From NCBI GenBank assembly GCA_944391065.1, contig CALXSH010000003.1, forward strand, positions 7,871 to 71,870: DNA of 64,000 nucleotides, written 5' to 3'. The notes below the pieces were generated by a model that made no database searches, was not told the origin of the DNA, and saw nothing but the letters and a program-made list of their open reading frames with translations. The stretch comes from an uncultured Kiritimatiellota bacterium. Its GTDB lineage: Bacteria; Verrucomicrobiota; Kiritimatiellia; RFP12; DVOR01. The position numbers were made by a program, and so were the translations under genes. This document shows, piece by piece, positions 17,413 through 25,362 of this stretch (position 1 is its first letter; the number at the start of each line of letters is the position of its first letter).

Positions 17413-18887
17413 GCGGTCTCCTTATTGGGGGTGAATGTCAGGGTGGAAAGGGGGGCTGCGACGGTGAGGCGGCACTGGGCGACGCGGGCCAGGAGCTCCA
17501 GATCGTGGGTGATGAGGAGGACGGTGCCGCCGCCGCGGGCAAAGGCGGCGAGCTCGTCGGCGATGATGCGCATGTTGCGCCCGTCGAGACCGCTGGTGGG
17601 TTCGTCCAGGATCAGCAGGGTGGGGCGCTTCATGAGGGCGCAGGCGACGACGAGGCGCTGCTTTTCGCCGCCGGAGAGGGAGTGGGGGTGGCGGTCGGCA
17701 AGATGGGTCAGGCCGAAGGTGGCGAGCAGGCGGTCGGCCTGGGCGCCGCGCTCCTCCCGGGGGACGCCGCGCGGGGCGGAGTAGAGAAGTTCGTCCCGGA
17801 CGGTGCGCATATAGAGCTGGATGTCCATCTGCTGCATGACAAAGGCAGCCTGCTCGCGGATCAGACGCCGGGAGAGGCGAAGCCCGCCGTAGAGGAGCTC
17901 TCCCTCCGCGGGGCGCGAGAGGCCGCAGAGGAGCCGGGCCAGCGTGGTCTTGCCGGCACCGTTGGCGCCGACGACGGCGGTGACGGCGCCGCGCGGCAGG
18001 CTTGCCGAGAAGTCCCGGAAAATCCAGCGGTGGCGCCTGCCGTAGCGGAAGGAGAGGCCGCGCACCTCGACGGCGGGCAGGCCGAAGTCGGCGGCCTCGG
18101 GCAGTTCGGGACGGCCGACGTCGGTGCTCCGAAGCCCCCAGCGCGCGACGTCGGGATGGGCGGCGAGGCTGTCCAGAAGGTCCCTGCCGCCGGGTGTGCG
18201 TTTGGTGCTGAGGACGGGGCGCCCGTGCGCGAGGACCAGCAGCCGGTCCAGCACGCCGCGCAGCCAGTAGAGGCGGTGGTCGACGATGACGAGCGTCACG
18301 CCGAGGGACTTGAGCCGGAGGCAGAGGGCGGCCAGCTCCTCGGTGGCCTCGGGGGAGAGGTTGGCCGTCGGCTCGTCCATCACGACGAGGTCGGCGCGGG
18401 CGGCAATCACGGAGGCGAGGACGGCCTTCTGCTTCTCGCCGGAGGAGAGGCCGAAGACCGAGCGCGCGGCCAGATCGGTCAGGTCGAGCACGCGCAGGGC
18501 TTCGCCGACGCGCTCAAGGATTTCCGCGCGGGGGCGGCACTGCCATTCGAGGGTGAGGGCGACCTCTTCCTCGACGGTGGTGGCCATGAACTGCTCGTCG
18601 GGATCCTGGAGCACGGTGCCGATGCAGCGCGAGAGGCGCTCCAGCGGCGCGGGGCAGTCTATGCCGCAGACGGTCAGCCGGCCCTCGGGGGTGCCTTTGA
18701 AGTGGTTGGGGATGAGGCCGTTGAGCAGGCGCAGGAGGGTCGATTTGCCGCAGCCGCTGGCACCGGTGACGAGCATGGCCTCGCCGCGGCGCAGCCGGAA
18801 GGAAACATCCGAAAGGGCAGGTTCCCGGCAGAAGGGATAGCGGTAGGCGAGGTGCTCGGCCTCAATCACGACGGGGGGCTTATTCAT
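17409..18887 (-). CDS. ECF transporter energy-coupling ATPase, fused duplicated A1-A2 (two ABC ATPase domains)
   Basis: 492 aa. Two Walker A motifs (GASGCGKST and GANGAGKTT), two ABC signatures (LSSGEKQ and LSGGEKQ), two Walker B/D-loop regions (VVMDEPTANL, LILDEPTSGLD). Confidence 0.9.
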   Translation of the reverse strand: MNKPPVVIEAEHLAYRYPFCREPALSDVSFRLRRGEAMLVTGASGCGKSTLLRLLNGLIPNHFKGTPEGRLTVCGIDCPAPLERLSRCIGTVLQDPDEQFMATTVEEEVALTLEWQCRPRAEILERVGEALRVLDLTDLAARSVFGLSSGEKQKAVLASVIAARADLVVMDEPTANLSPEATEELAALCLRLKSLGVTLVIVDHRLYWLRGVLDRLLVLAHGRPVLSTKRTPGGRDLLDSLAAHPDVARWGLRSTDVGRPELPEAADFGLPAVEVRGLSFRYGRRHRWIFRDFSASLPRGAVTAVVGANGAGKTTLARLLCGLSRPAEGELLYGGLRLSRRLIREQAAFVMQQMDIQLYMRTVRDELLYSAPRGVPREERGAQADRLLATFGLTHLADRHPHSLSGGEKQRLVVACALMKRPTLLILDEPTSGLDGRNMRIIADELAAFARGGGTVLLITHDLELLARVAQCRLTVAAPLSTLTFTPNKETA

Positions 18888-19731
18888 GGGGTGCCTCGGA
18901 TGCGGTTTGGTTCATGGCGGCGGGCCCGTAGGGGACGGCCGGCACCAGGATCTGCCAGACGGTCAGCGCGGCCAGAAGGATGACCGTGGCGGCCGCCACG
19001 GCGGCGTCGCGGCGGCCGAAGGAGAGCGTGCGCAGCTGGGAGGGACGCCGGGCGTAGCCGACGCGCTTCATCTCGGCGGCCACGGCCAGATGGTCGGCCA
19101 TGCGCAGCGTGCGCACCGTCAGCGGCACGGCCGTCAGCCGGAGACTCTGCAGCGGATGGATCAGCGCCGCCCCGAAGCTCACGGAGAAGCCGCGCATCCG
19201 GACCGCGTCGCGCAGCCTGCGGATGACATCCACGAATTCCGGCACAAACCGGCAGAAGACCATCAGCGGCAGAAAGATGACGCGCGGCAGCCGGAGGCTC
19301 TTCATGGCGCCGACGAAGCGCTGCACCGAGAAGGTCAGGCCAAGGGCAAGCAGGACGTTGAGCGAGGGCACCATGCGCAGGAAGGGCGTGTGGAAATTGC
19401 CCAGCATGGCCGGTTTCAGCCGGGCCACCGGGGCCTCCCAGGCCGTACCTGCCACCAGTGCTTCGCCGACGGCAAAGGACCCCCAGACGATGCCCACGGT
19501 AAAGAGCATCATCACCCCCACCGCCAGGTAGGCCACCAGCGCCACGCGGTACCTGCGTGCGGAGAGCAGCAGATAGGCCAGCGAGAGCGCCCCCAGCGTC
19601 AGGAGCGGCCCTGTGCCGCTGAGGTACACCGCCACCCCGGAGACAAGCAGGGAGACGAAGAGCCGCGTCCGGATGTCCAGCGGATCGGTGCGGCGGGCGT
19701 CGGGGTCATACTTCGCGGATGATGCCTGCAT
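18880..19731 (-). CDS. ECF transporter transmembrane T component (EcfT/CbiQ family)
   Basis: 283 aa polytopic membrane protein with the conserved T-component Ala-Arg-rich coupling helices (ARRYRVALVAY..., RLRDAVRMRG). Overlaps neighbours on both sides. Confidence 0.8.
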   Translation of the reverse strand: MQASSAKYDPDARRTDPLDIRTRLFVSLLVSGVAVYLSGTGPLLTLGALSLAYLLLSARRYRVALVAYLAVGVMMLFTVGIVWGSFAVGEALVAGTAWEAPVARLKPAMLGNFHTPFLRMVPSLNVLLALGLTFSVQRFVGAMKSLRLPRVIFLPLMVFCRFVPEFVDVIRRLRDAVRMRGFSVSFGAALIHPLQSLRLTAVPLTVRTLRMADHLAVAAEMKRVGYARRPSQLRTLSFGRRDAAVAAATVILLAALTVWQILVPAVPYGPAAMNQTASEAPHE

Positions 19732-20380
19732 GGCGCAGCTCCTTTACGAATTTGGCACCGCAGGGCAGCCCGATGAGGAGGCACCCCAGATAACCGAAGG
19801 TGACAATCGCGGCTCCCACGCCGACCATGCCGACGTTTTCGCGCGCCATCAGAAACGAGAGGGCGATGCTGAGTATGCGCCCGAAGGCGTCGTAAACCGC
19901 CACGCCCAGCAGCACGGCGCCGATCCTGCGGTAGCCGCCGCAGCAGGCGATCAGCCCGTCGGCCGCCAGCGCCCCCAGCAGATAGAAGGGCAGCGTCCCC
20001 ACCATGATGCCGCCGGTCATCAGGAAGGAGATGACCTGCGCCACCAGCGTGTAGAGCGCCAGCGTCCCGAATCGGCGCACGCGCGCCAGCATCACCACCA
20101 GCAGGGCCGTCGCGATCCCGTTCTTCAGCAGCAGCGTCACCGGGTTCATCCCTCCGCCGAGCAGCGCGACCAGCAGCGAGGCGGCCTTGCCCAGCGCCGT
20201 AAAGAGCCCGACGACGATGAGCGACTCGGTGTCCCAATAGAATCCCCCGCGCAGGAGGCCTCCCGGACGGTCATTGCCAACCCCGGCGAGAGACGCGGGG
20301 GAGGCCTCCGGCGAGGGGGGAGGAGAGAAAGTGTTAGTTTTGGCTAATGCTTGCATCTGTCGTTTTTCCTGTCGGTTCAT
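19706..20380 (-). CDS. ECF transporter substrate-specific S component (substrate unknown)
   Basis: 224 aa with an about 45-aa hydrophilic N-extension and a small 5-6 TM hydrophobic core. Immediately upstream of the T and A genes. Confidence 0.6.
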   Translation of the reverse strand: MNRQEKRQMQALAKTNTFSPPPSPEASPASLAGVGNDRPGGLLRGGFYWDTESLIVVGLFTALGKAASLLVALLGGGMNPVTLLLKNGIATALLVVMLARVRRFGTLALYTLVAQVISFLMTGGIMVGTLPFYLLGALAADGLIACCGGYRRIGAVLLGVAVYDAFGRILSIALSFLMARENVGMVGVGAAIVTFGYLGCLLIGLPCGAKFVKELRHAGIIREV

Positions 20381-20393
20381 GGGCGGTGCGGAA

Positions 20394-22154
20394 TCAGGGG
20401 GTTCGCGGGCGGTTTGCGGCGGCCTCGAGGAGGGCTCTGTATTTGCCGCCGCGGGCCATGAGGGCGTCGTGGGAGCCCTGCTCGGCGATGCGCCCGTGCT
20501 CGAGATAGCAGATGTGCGAGGCGTGGCGGATGGTGGTGAGCCGGTGGGCGATGATCAGGGTGGTGCGGCCCCTGGAGAGGCGCCCGAGAGCTTCCTGAAC
20601 GGCTGCCTCGGCGAAGGTGTCAAGGGCACTGGTGGCTTCGTCCAGGATGAGGATGGGCGGATTTTTGAGAAAGAGTCTGGCGATGGCGATGCGCTGGGCC
20701 TGTCCGCCGGAGAGGCGCAGGCCGTGTTCGCCCACCGGGGCATCGAGGCCTGCGGGAAGCGAGCGGACGAAGGTCTCCAGATCGGCCTGCGCGAGCGCGG
20801 CATAGAGGGCCGCGTCATCGGCGGCGGGGTCGCCCAGCAGGAGATTTTCGCGGATGGTGCCGTCGAAGAGGAAGGGGCGCTGGGCAACGATGCCGATGGC
20901 CTCGCGCAGGGCACGCTTGGGAATGGTGGCGGTGTCGCGGCCGTCGAGCAGGATTTTCCCCGCGGTGGGCTCATAGAAGCGGGGAATGAGGGCGGCCAGG
21001 GTGCTCTTGCCCGAGCCGCTGGGCCCGACGAGCGCGCAGACGCTGCCGGCAGCGAGGTCGAGGGCCGGAATGTCGAGCACGTCGCGGTCCGTGCCGGGGT
21101 AGCGGAAGCGGAGCCCGCGGAAGGCGACGTCGCCGCGGATGTGCGCCGGCGGTTCGGCATCGGCGGCCGCGTCGCATTCGGGCTCCTGCGCGACAAACTC
21201 GGCGTAGCGCCGGTAGCCGACCAGCCCCTGCTGGAAGAGGTCGAGCAGGCCGACGATGCGGAGTATCGGCGCGGTCACGTAGCGCGAGTACATGAAGAAG
21301 GCGAAGACCTGCGGCAGCGTCGCCGCATCGCAGGCCACCATCCAGGCCCCCAGCGCAATGTACATCAGCGAGTAGCCTTCCAGCAGCAGCTGCGTGCCGG
21401 AGAAAAGCGGGGCGTAGAGCGCGGAGACTTTCTCAAAAGAACGGCGGAAGCGCCCGTTGGCCTCGCGGAAGGCCGCACGGGCGCGTTCTTCCCCCGTGTA
21501 GCTCTTGATTTCGCGGATGCCCTGGACGGCATTCTCGACATGGGCGGCAAAGGCGGCCGCCTCGGCGCGGTTTTCGCGCCAGGCCGTGTGGATCCGCCGC
21601 TGGAAGCATCCGGCAAAGAAGAGGATGAAGGGGATCGGCAGCAGCGTGAGGCCGGCCATGGCCGGATTGACCCAGAACATCACCGCAAAGGCCCCCGCCA
21701 GCGTCAGACCGATCTCCAGCATGGCCTCCGGCAGCAGGTGCGCCGTGGAGCCCACCAGCCGCAGGTCGGAGGTGATGCGGCTGAGCACCTCGCCCGTCTT
21801 GGTCCTGTCGAAATAGGCAAAGGGCAGCCCCTGCAGGCGGTCAAAGAAATGCCCGCGCAGCGCGGCCTCAATGCGGAAGCCCAGCCACTGCCCGCACAGC
21901 GTCCCGCCCCATTCCAGCGCGGCGGCCGCGAGCGCCAGCCCGGCAAAAAGGGCCGCAGCCCAGGCCGTCGCGTGCAGATCCCCCGCCGGCAGATAGACCT
22001 GAAAGACCCGCAGCGCCAGCGCCGGAATCGCCAGACGCGCCGCCGCGCGCAGCACGACCGCGGTCAGATCCAGCGTCAGCAGCCGCCGCTGCGCCAGATA
22101 ATGGCCGCAGAGCGTGCGGAGCGCACCGAAGAACCGTGGGGAATGTGCGGACAT
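20394..22154 (-). CDS. ABC exporter, fused TMD-NBD half-transporter (MsbA/type I exporter family)
   Basis: Start MSAHSPRF at 22154. Six TM N-terminal domain. NBD with Walker A GPSGSGKST, Q-loop, signature LSGGQAQRIAIAR, Walker B ILILDEATSALD, H-loop IIAHRL. The longer 819-aa ORF has an Arg/Pro-rich N-extension that is likely spurious. Confidence 0.85.
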   Translation of the reverse strand: MSAHSPRFFGALRTLCGHYLAQRRLLTLDLTAVVLRAAARLAIPALALRVFQVYLPAGDLHATAWAAALFAGLALAAAALEWGGTLCGQWLGFRIEAALRGHFFDRLQGLPFAYFDRTKTGEVLSRITSDLRLVGSTAHLLPEAMLEIGLTLAGAFAVMFWVNPAMAGLTLLPIPFILFFAGCFQRRIHTAWRENRAEAAAFAAHVENAVQGIREIKSYTGEERARAAFREANGRFRRSFEKVSALYAPLFSGTQLLLEGYSLMYIALGAWMVACDAATLPQVFAFFMYSRYVTAPILRIVGLLDLFQQGLVGYRRYAEFVAQEPECDAAADAEPPAHIRGDVAFRGLRFRYPGTDRDVLDIPALDLAAGSVCALVGPSGSGKSTLAALIPRFYEPTAGKILLDGRDTATIPKRALREAIGIVAQRPFLFDGTIRENLLLGDPAADDAALYAALAQADLETFVRSLPAGLDAPVGEHGLRLSGGQAQRIAIARLFLKNPPILILDEATSALDTFAEAAVQEALGRLSRGRTTLIIAHRLTTIRHASHICYLEHGRIAEQGSHDALMARGGKYRALLEAAANRPRTP

Positions 22155-22210
22155 GATGACTGATCTTTCCGATGGGGAGAGGGGGATGCCCGGACCTGCC
22201 GGGCAGACAT

Positions 22211-23518
22211 TCAGCGGGCAGCCTTTCCGAATCCCGAGAGGATGAAGCCGCAGAGGCGCGAGCAGAGTTTGGGCTGGAAATATTCGCCCATGCGCGTCAG
22301 CCGGAAGACGCCGTCCGTGCCGCGTGTCCAGAGGCCGGCCGCAGTCCAGTTTTCGCCCAGCGCGCCGAAATCGGTTTCGGGGAAGTCGGCGGGATTCAGG
22401 AAGCTGCGCTCGAGCTGATCGGCGAGGCGGCCCTTCAGCGCCAGGAAAGGCGGGCGCGGCATCACCTGGGCCAACGGTTTGCGTCCGGCCTCGACGGCTT
22501 CGCGGTAGGCCTCCGTGTCGGCGGTCTGCATGAAGCCCCAGGAGCCGAGGAAGCCGCCGGCACCGCCGCCGAAGGGGAGAATTTCGGCGCCGGTCTTGGT
22601 CCAGTGGTTGTAGCGGTTGCGTTCGTTCCCGTTGCGCCGCCAGTGCGTGCAGGAGAGCTGTTCCCAGCCGTGCGCGGCCAGCCAGTCGGAGGCCCCGGCG
22701 TGGCGGCGGATGCGCTCCTCCTCGCTCCAGCCGGAGCCCTCGCGTTCCATTCGGCGGGCCAGGGGCAGGCCGGGGAAGAGTTTCAGCGAGTAGAGATCCA
22801 CGCCGTCGAGGGGGGACGCCTCGGCGACGGTCCGGATGTTCTCCTCCATCCACTCCTCCTGGGTCTGCCCCGGAAGCCCATAAATCAGATCGGCCACCAG
22901 CGCCGTCTCTCCGCCCGCAATCTCACGGACGCGGAAGAGGCGCTCCAGCAGCTCTTCGCGGGACTGACGGCGGCCGAGCGAACGCCGCAGGTCGGTCTGG
23001 AAACTCTGGATGCCAAAGGAAAAGCGGTTTGCACCGGCCTCGCAGCAGGCCCGGACGCGTTCGTCGTCGAAGGCATAGAGGCGTCCTTCGACCGTGAATT
23101 CGACGTCGGGCGTAAGATTGAAGTGCGCGTAAATGAAGCGAATCAGGCGCCCAAGCGAACGGGCGGAGAGCGCCGTCGGCGTGCCGCCGCCGAAATACAC
23201 CACCTCAATCGGGGCCGTGAAGACGCCGCGGGAAACCTCGCGCTCCATCTCCCGGATCAGCAGATCGGTGTAAGACTCCAGCGCCTCTTCCGTCGCAGCC
23301 TGCCGGTAAAACCCGCAGAACGAACAGCGGCTGATGCAGAACGGCACGTGAACATACAGCATCTGGCGGACTCCCGGCGTCTGCCGGGCTTCGGCCCAGA
23401 CCGTCTGCGCGTCCGGCGTGCCGGATGATCCGCCCATATCGCCGTGCGGCGGCGTCGCTGCGGATGAGAGGGCAGCGATAACCTCTTCCCTGGTACCGGG
23501 CAACAGAAACGGATTCAT
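22211..23518 (-). CDS. HemN-family radical SAM protein (oxygen-independent coproporphyrinogen-III oxidase HemN / heme chaperone HemW / ChuW-like; subfamily unresolved)
   Basis: Start MNPFLLPG at 23518. Radical SAM cluster motif YVHVPFCISRCSFCGF. GGGTP SAM-binding motif (VVYFGGGTPTAL). HemN_C-like C-terminal domain. About 435 aa. Confidence 0.8.
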   Translation of the reverse strand: MNPFLLPGTREEVIAALSSAATPPHGDMGGSSGTPDAQTVWAEARQTPGVRQMLYVHVPFCISRCSFCGFYRQAATEEALESYTDLLIREMEREVSRGVFTAPIEVVYFGGGTPTALSARSLGRLIRFIYAHFNLTPDVEFTVEGRLYAFDDERVRACCEAGANRFSFGIQSFQTDLRRSLGRRQSREELLERLFRVREIAGGETALVADLIYGLPGQTQEEWMEENIRTVAEASPLDGVDLYSLKLFPGLPLARRMEREGSGWSEEERIRRHAGASDWLAAHGWEQLSCTHWRRNGNERNRYNHWTKTGAEILPFGGGAGGFLGSWGFMQTADTEAYREAVEAGRKPLAQVMPRPPFLALKGRLADQLERSFLNPADFPETDFGALGENWTAAGLWTRGTDGVFRLTRMGEYFQPKLCSRLCGFILSGFGKAAR

Positions 23519-23885
23519 ACGATTCTCGGTTTGCGTTGTCCGATCGCGCGGGTCCCCATGAAGCGGCACCGAGGTGCCTGTTTCATCCGTTTGACCGAAT
23601 AAAAAACGGCGCTATATTAGACGAGGCTAATGGTAAAGTCAAGAATTATTTTCACGAACTAATACTTTCTTCCTTTTCCGCTTCGACCGGCTGCCGCCCG
23701 CCCCTCCGCTCTTCCGGAATAGGGGATGCCTTCAGGCCGCATGAGCGTCAGCGGCCCCAAAGGGCAAGGAGCCCCCGGCTTCCGGCTTCGTGTTGCCTGC
23801 CCCGCGCGAAGGACGGACTGAGATTCCGCTTTACTCCGACCGCGGCTCTCCCCACCCGTGACATCGGCACAAGGCCTAGTCGACC

Positions 23886-23977
23886 TCTTGGGCTATAGCC
23901 GTAGCGCTTCTTGGGCTATAGCCGTAGCGCTTCTTGGGCTATAGCCGTAGCATCTCTTGGGCTATAGCCGTAGCGGT
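23886..23977. repeat. Tandem array of four 23-bp direct repeats, each carrying the palindrome GGCTATAGCC
   Basis: Units TCTTGGGCTATAGCCGTAGCGCT at 23886, 23909, 23932 and 23955. Palindromes at 23891, 23914, 23937 and 23960, exactly 23 bp apart. The last two units have slightly diverged spacers. Confidence 0.9.
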
Positions 23978-24091
23978 CGGACTTTGCCCAACACGATGTT
24001 GGGGTTGGCCCGGGATTTGGTTCGTTTTGGGCAGCATCCTTGTCCGTCACGGGTGCCTGCGCGCCGTTGCTTCCCCCGGCGGCGCCGTATC

Positions 24092-24100
24092 TGCTATAAT
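24092..24100 (+). promoter_or_regulatory. Extended -10 sigma70-like promoter element (TGcTATAAT) upstream of the DUF3127 gene
   Basis: TGCTATAAT at 24092-24100, about 35 nt upstream of the ATG at 24135. No good -35 is present, consistent with an extended -10 promoter. Confidence 0.4.
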
Positions 24101-24134
24101 GGCGGCGAGTGCAAACCCTTACAGGATTGATGAT

Positions 24135-24497
24135 ATGAGCAAATCGTACGAATTGGACGGCACGCTGAAGGAAATCATGGAGACCAGGACCTTCGAGAAG
24201 AGCGGATTCACGAAGCGTGAATTCGTCGTGACCGACGAGGATGACCGCTATCCGCAGCACATCAAGTTTAACGTGACGCGCAACAACTGCGCCCTTCTGG
24301 ACCGCTTTGCCGTCGGCGACCGCATCCGCGTGACCTTCTCCATCCGCGGCAATCAGTGGCAGGACCGCTATTTTGTCGACCTGAACGCCTTCAAGCTCGA
24401 AAAGCTCGATGTCGACGGGTCCACCAGCGAGCCGATTCCGCAGCCTGACGAGACCTTTGTCGCCGATACCATCAACGATGAAGACATGCCCTTCTGA
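24135..24497 (+). CDS. DUF3127 domain protein with acidic C-terminal tail ending DEDMPF
   Basis: ATG at 24135, in frame with ORF 23934-24497. 120 aa. The core (FTKREFVVTDEDDRYPQHIKFNVTRNNCALLDRFAVGDRIRVTFSIRGNQWQDRYF) matches the DUF3127 family as I recall it. The C-terminal 30 aa are acidic and end in ...INDEDMPF. Confidence 0.6.
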   Translation: MSKSYELDGTLKEIMETRTFEKSGFTKREFVVTDEDDRYPQHIKFNVTRNNCALLDRFAVGDRIRVTFSIRGNQWQDRYFVDLNAFKLEKLDVDGSTSEPIPQPDETFVADTINDEDMPF

Positions 24498-24510
24498 GGC
24501 ATCCTCGCCG

Positions 24511-25362
24511 ATGACGCTGGGGCGGCTCCTGGAGGCAGGGGCCGCCTATCTGTGCCGTCACGGCTTCGACGGCGCCGAGGCACGCTGTCAGAGCGGCATT
24601 CTGATTGCCGAGGCGACGGGGGTGCCGGCGCTGCGTCTGGCGACGGCGGGAGACCGGGCCGCCACGGCGGCCCAGGTGGAGCGGCTGCGGCAGGAATTCC
24701 GGCGCGTGGCCTTCGGCGAGCCGATTCAGTATGTCGTCGGGCATTGGCCCTTTCATGACATTGAGCTCAAAACCGACGCCCGGGCACTGATTCCGCGGCC
24801 CGAGACCGAAGAGCTTGTCGGGCTGGTGCTCCGTTCGCCGCAGTGGGCGCAGGCCCGCGACATAGCCGACATCGGCACCGGCACGGGGGCGATCGTCCTG
24901 GCGCTGGCCCATGCCGCGCGCGGCACCCCGAAATCCTTCACGGCGGTCGATCTCTCGCCGGAGGCTCTCGCGCTGGCCCGCGAAAACGCCGCCGCGCTGG
25001 ATCTGCGGGTGCGTTTTCTGCAGGGGGAGGGCTGTGCGCCTCTGGCGCCCGGGAGCACGGACATTCTGGTCTCCAATCCGCCTTACATAGCCTCCCGCAC
25101 CGTGGACACGCTCGACCCCCGGGTCCGCGACCATGAGCCGCGCCTGGCGCTTGACGGCGGGGAGGACGGCCTCGATGCGGTGCGTTCCATTCTGCTCGGG
25201 GCCACGCAGGTGCTGCGGCCGGGAGGACGGATTTTCTTCGAAATCGGCGACGAGCAGGGACTCTCCGTCCAGCGTCTGCTGGAACGGGCCGGCTATACCG
25301 ATGTCGGCCTCGGTCGCGATGCCGCCGGGCATGACCGCTTCGCCTGGGGCACGCTGCTGTGA
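24511..25362 (+). CDS. prmC: Release factor glutamine N5-methyltransferase PrmC (HemK)
   Basis: ATG at 24511. SAM-binding motif DIGTGTGAIVLALA. Catalytic NPPY motif (VSNPPYIAS). About 283 aa. Confidence 0.85.
   Translation: MTLGRLLEAGAAYLCRHGFDGAEARCQSGILIAEATGVPALRLATAGDRAATAAQVERLRQEFRRVAFGEPIQYVVGHWPFHDIELKTDARALIPRPETEELVGLVLRSPQWAQARDIADIGTGTGAIVLALAHAARGTPKSFTAVDLSPEALALARENAAALDLRVRFLQGEGCAPLAPGSTDILVSNPPYIASRTVDTLDPRVRDHEPRLALDGGEDGLDAVRSILLGATQVLRPGGRIFFEIGDEQGLSVQRLLERAGYTDVGLGRDAAGHDRFAWGTLL

Noticed and set aside
23570-23880. Possible riboswitch or leader in the long 5' region of the HemN-like/ECF operon (minus strand)
   Set aside because: No B12 box, THF, preQ1 or other recognisable riboswitch core was found by eye; only a short GGCACC/GGTGCC hairpin. 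A covariance-model scan is needed.
23886-23977. Repeat units read as tRNA gene 5' ends (GGGCTATAGC resembles the start of tRNA-Ala/Ile)
   Set aside because: No D-arm, anticodon or T-arm follows, and no cloverleaf can be drawn; the resemblance ends after 10 nt.
24028-24044. Sigma54-type promoter TGGGCAG-N5-TTGT downstream of the repeat array
   Set aside because: There is an extra G in the -24 element and TTGT instead of TTGC at -12, so it is too weak to call. The extended -10 sigma70 element at 24092 is better supported.
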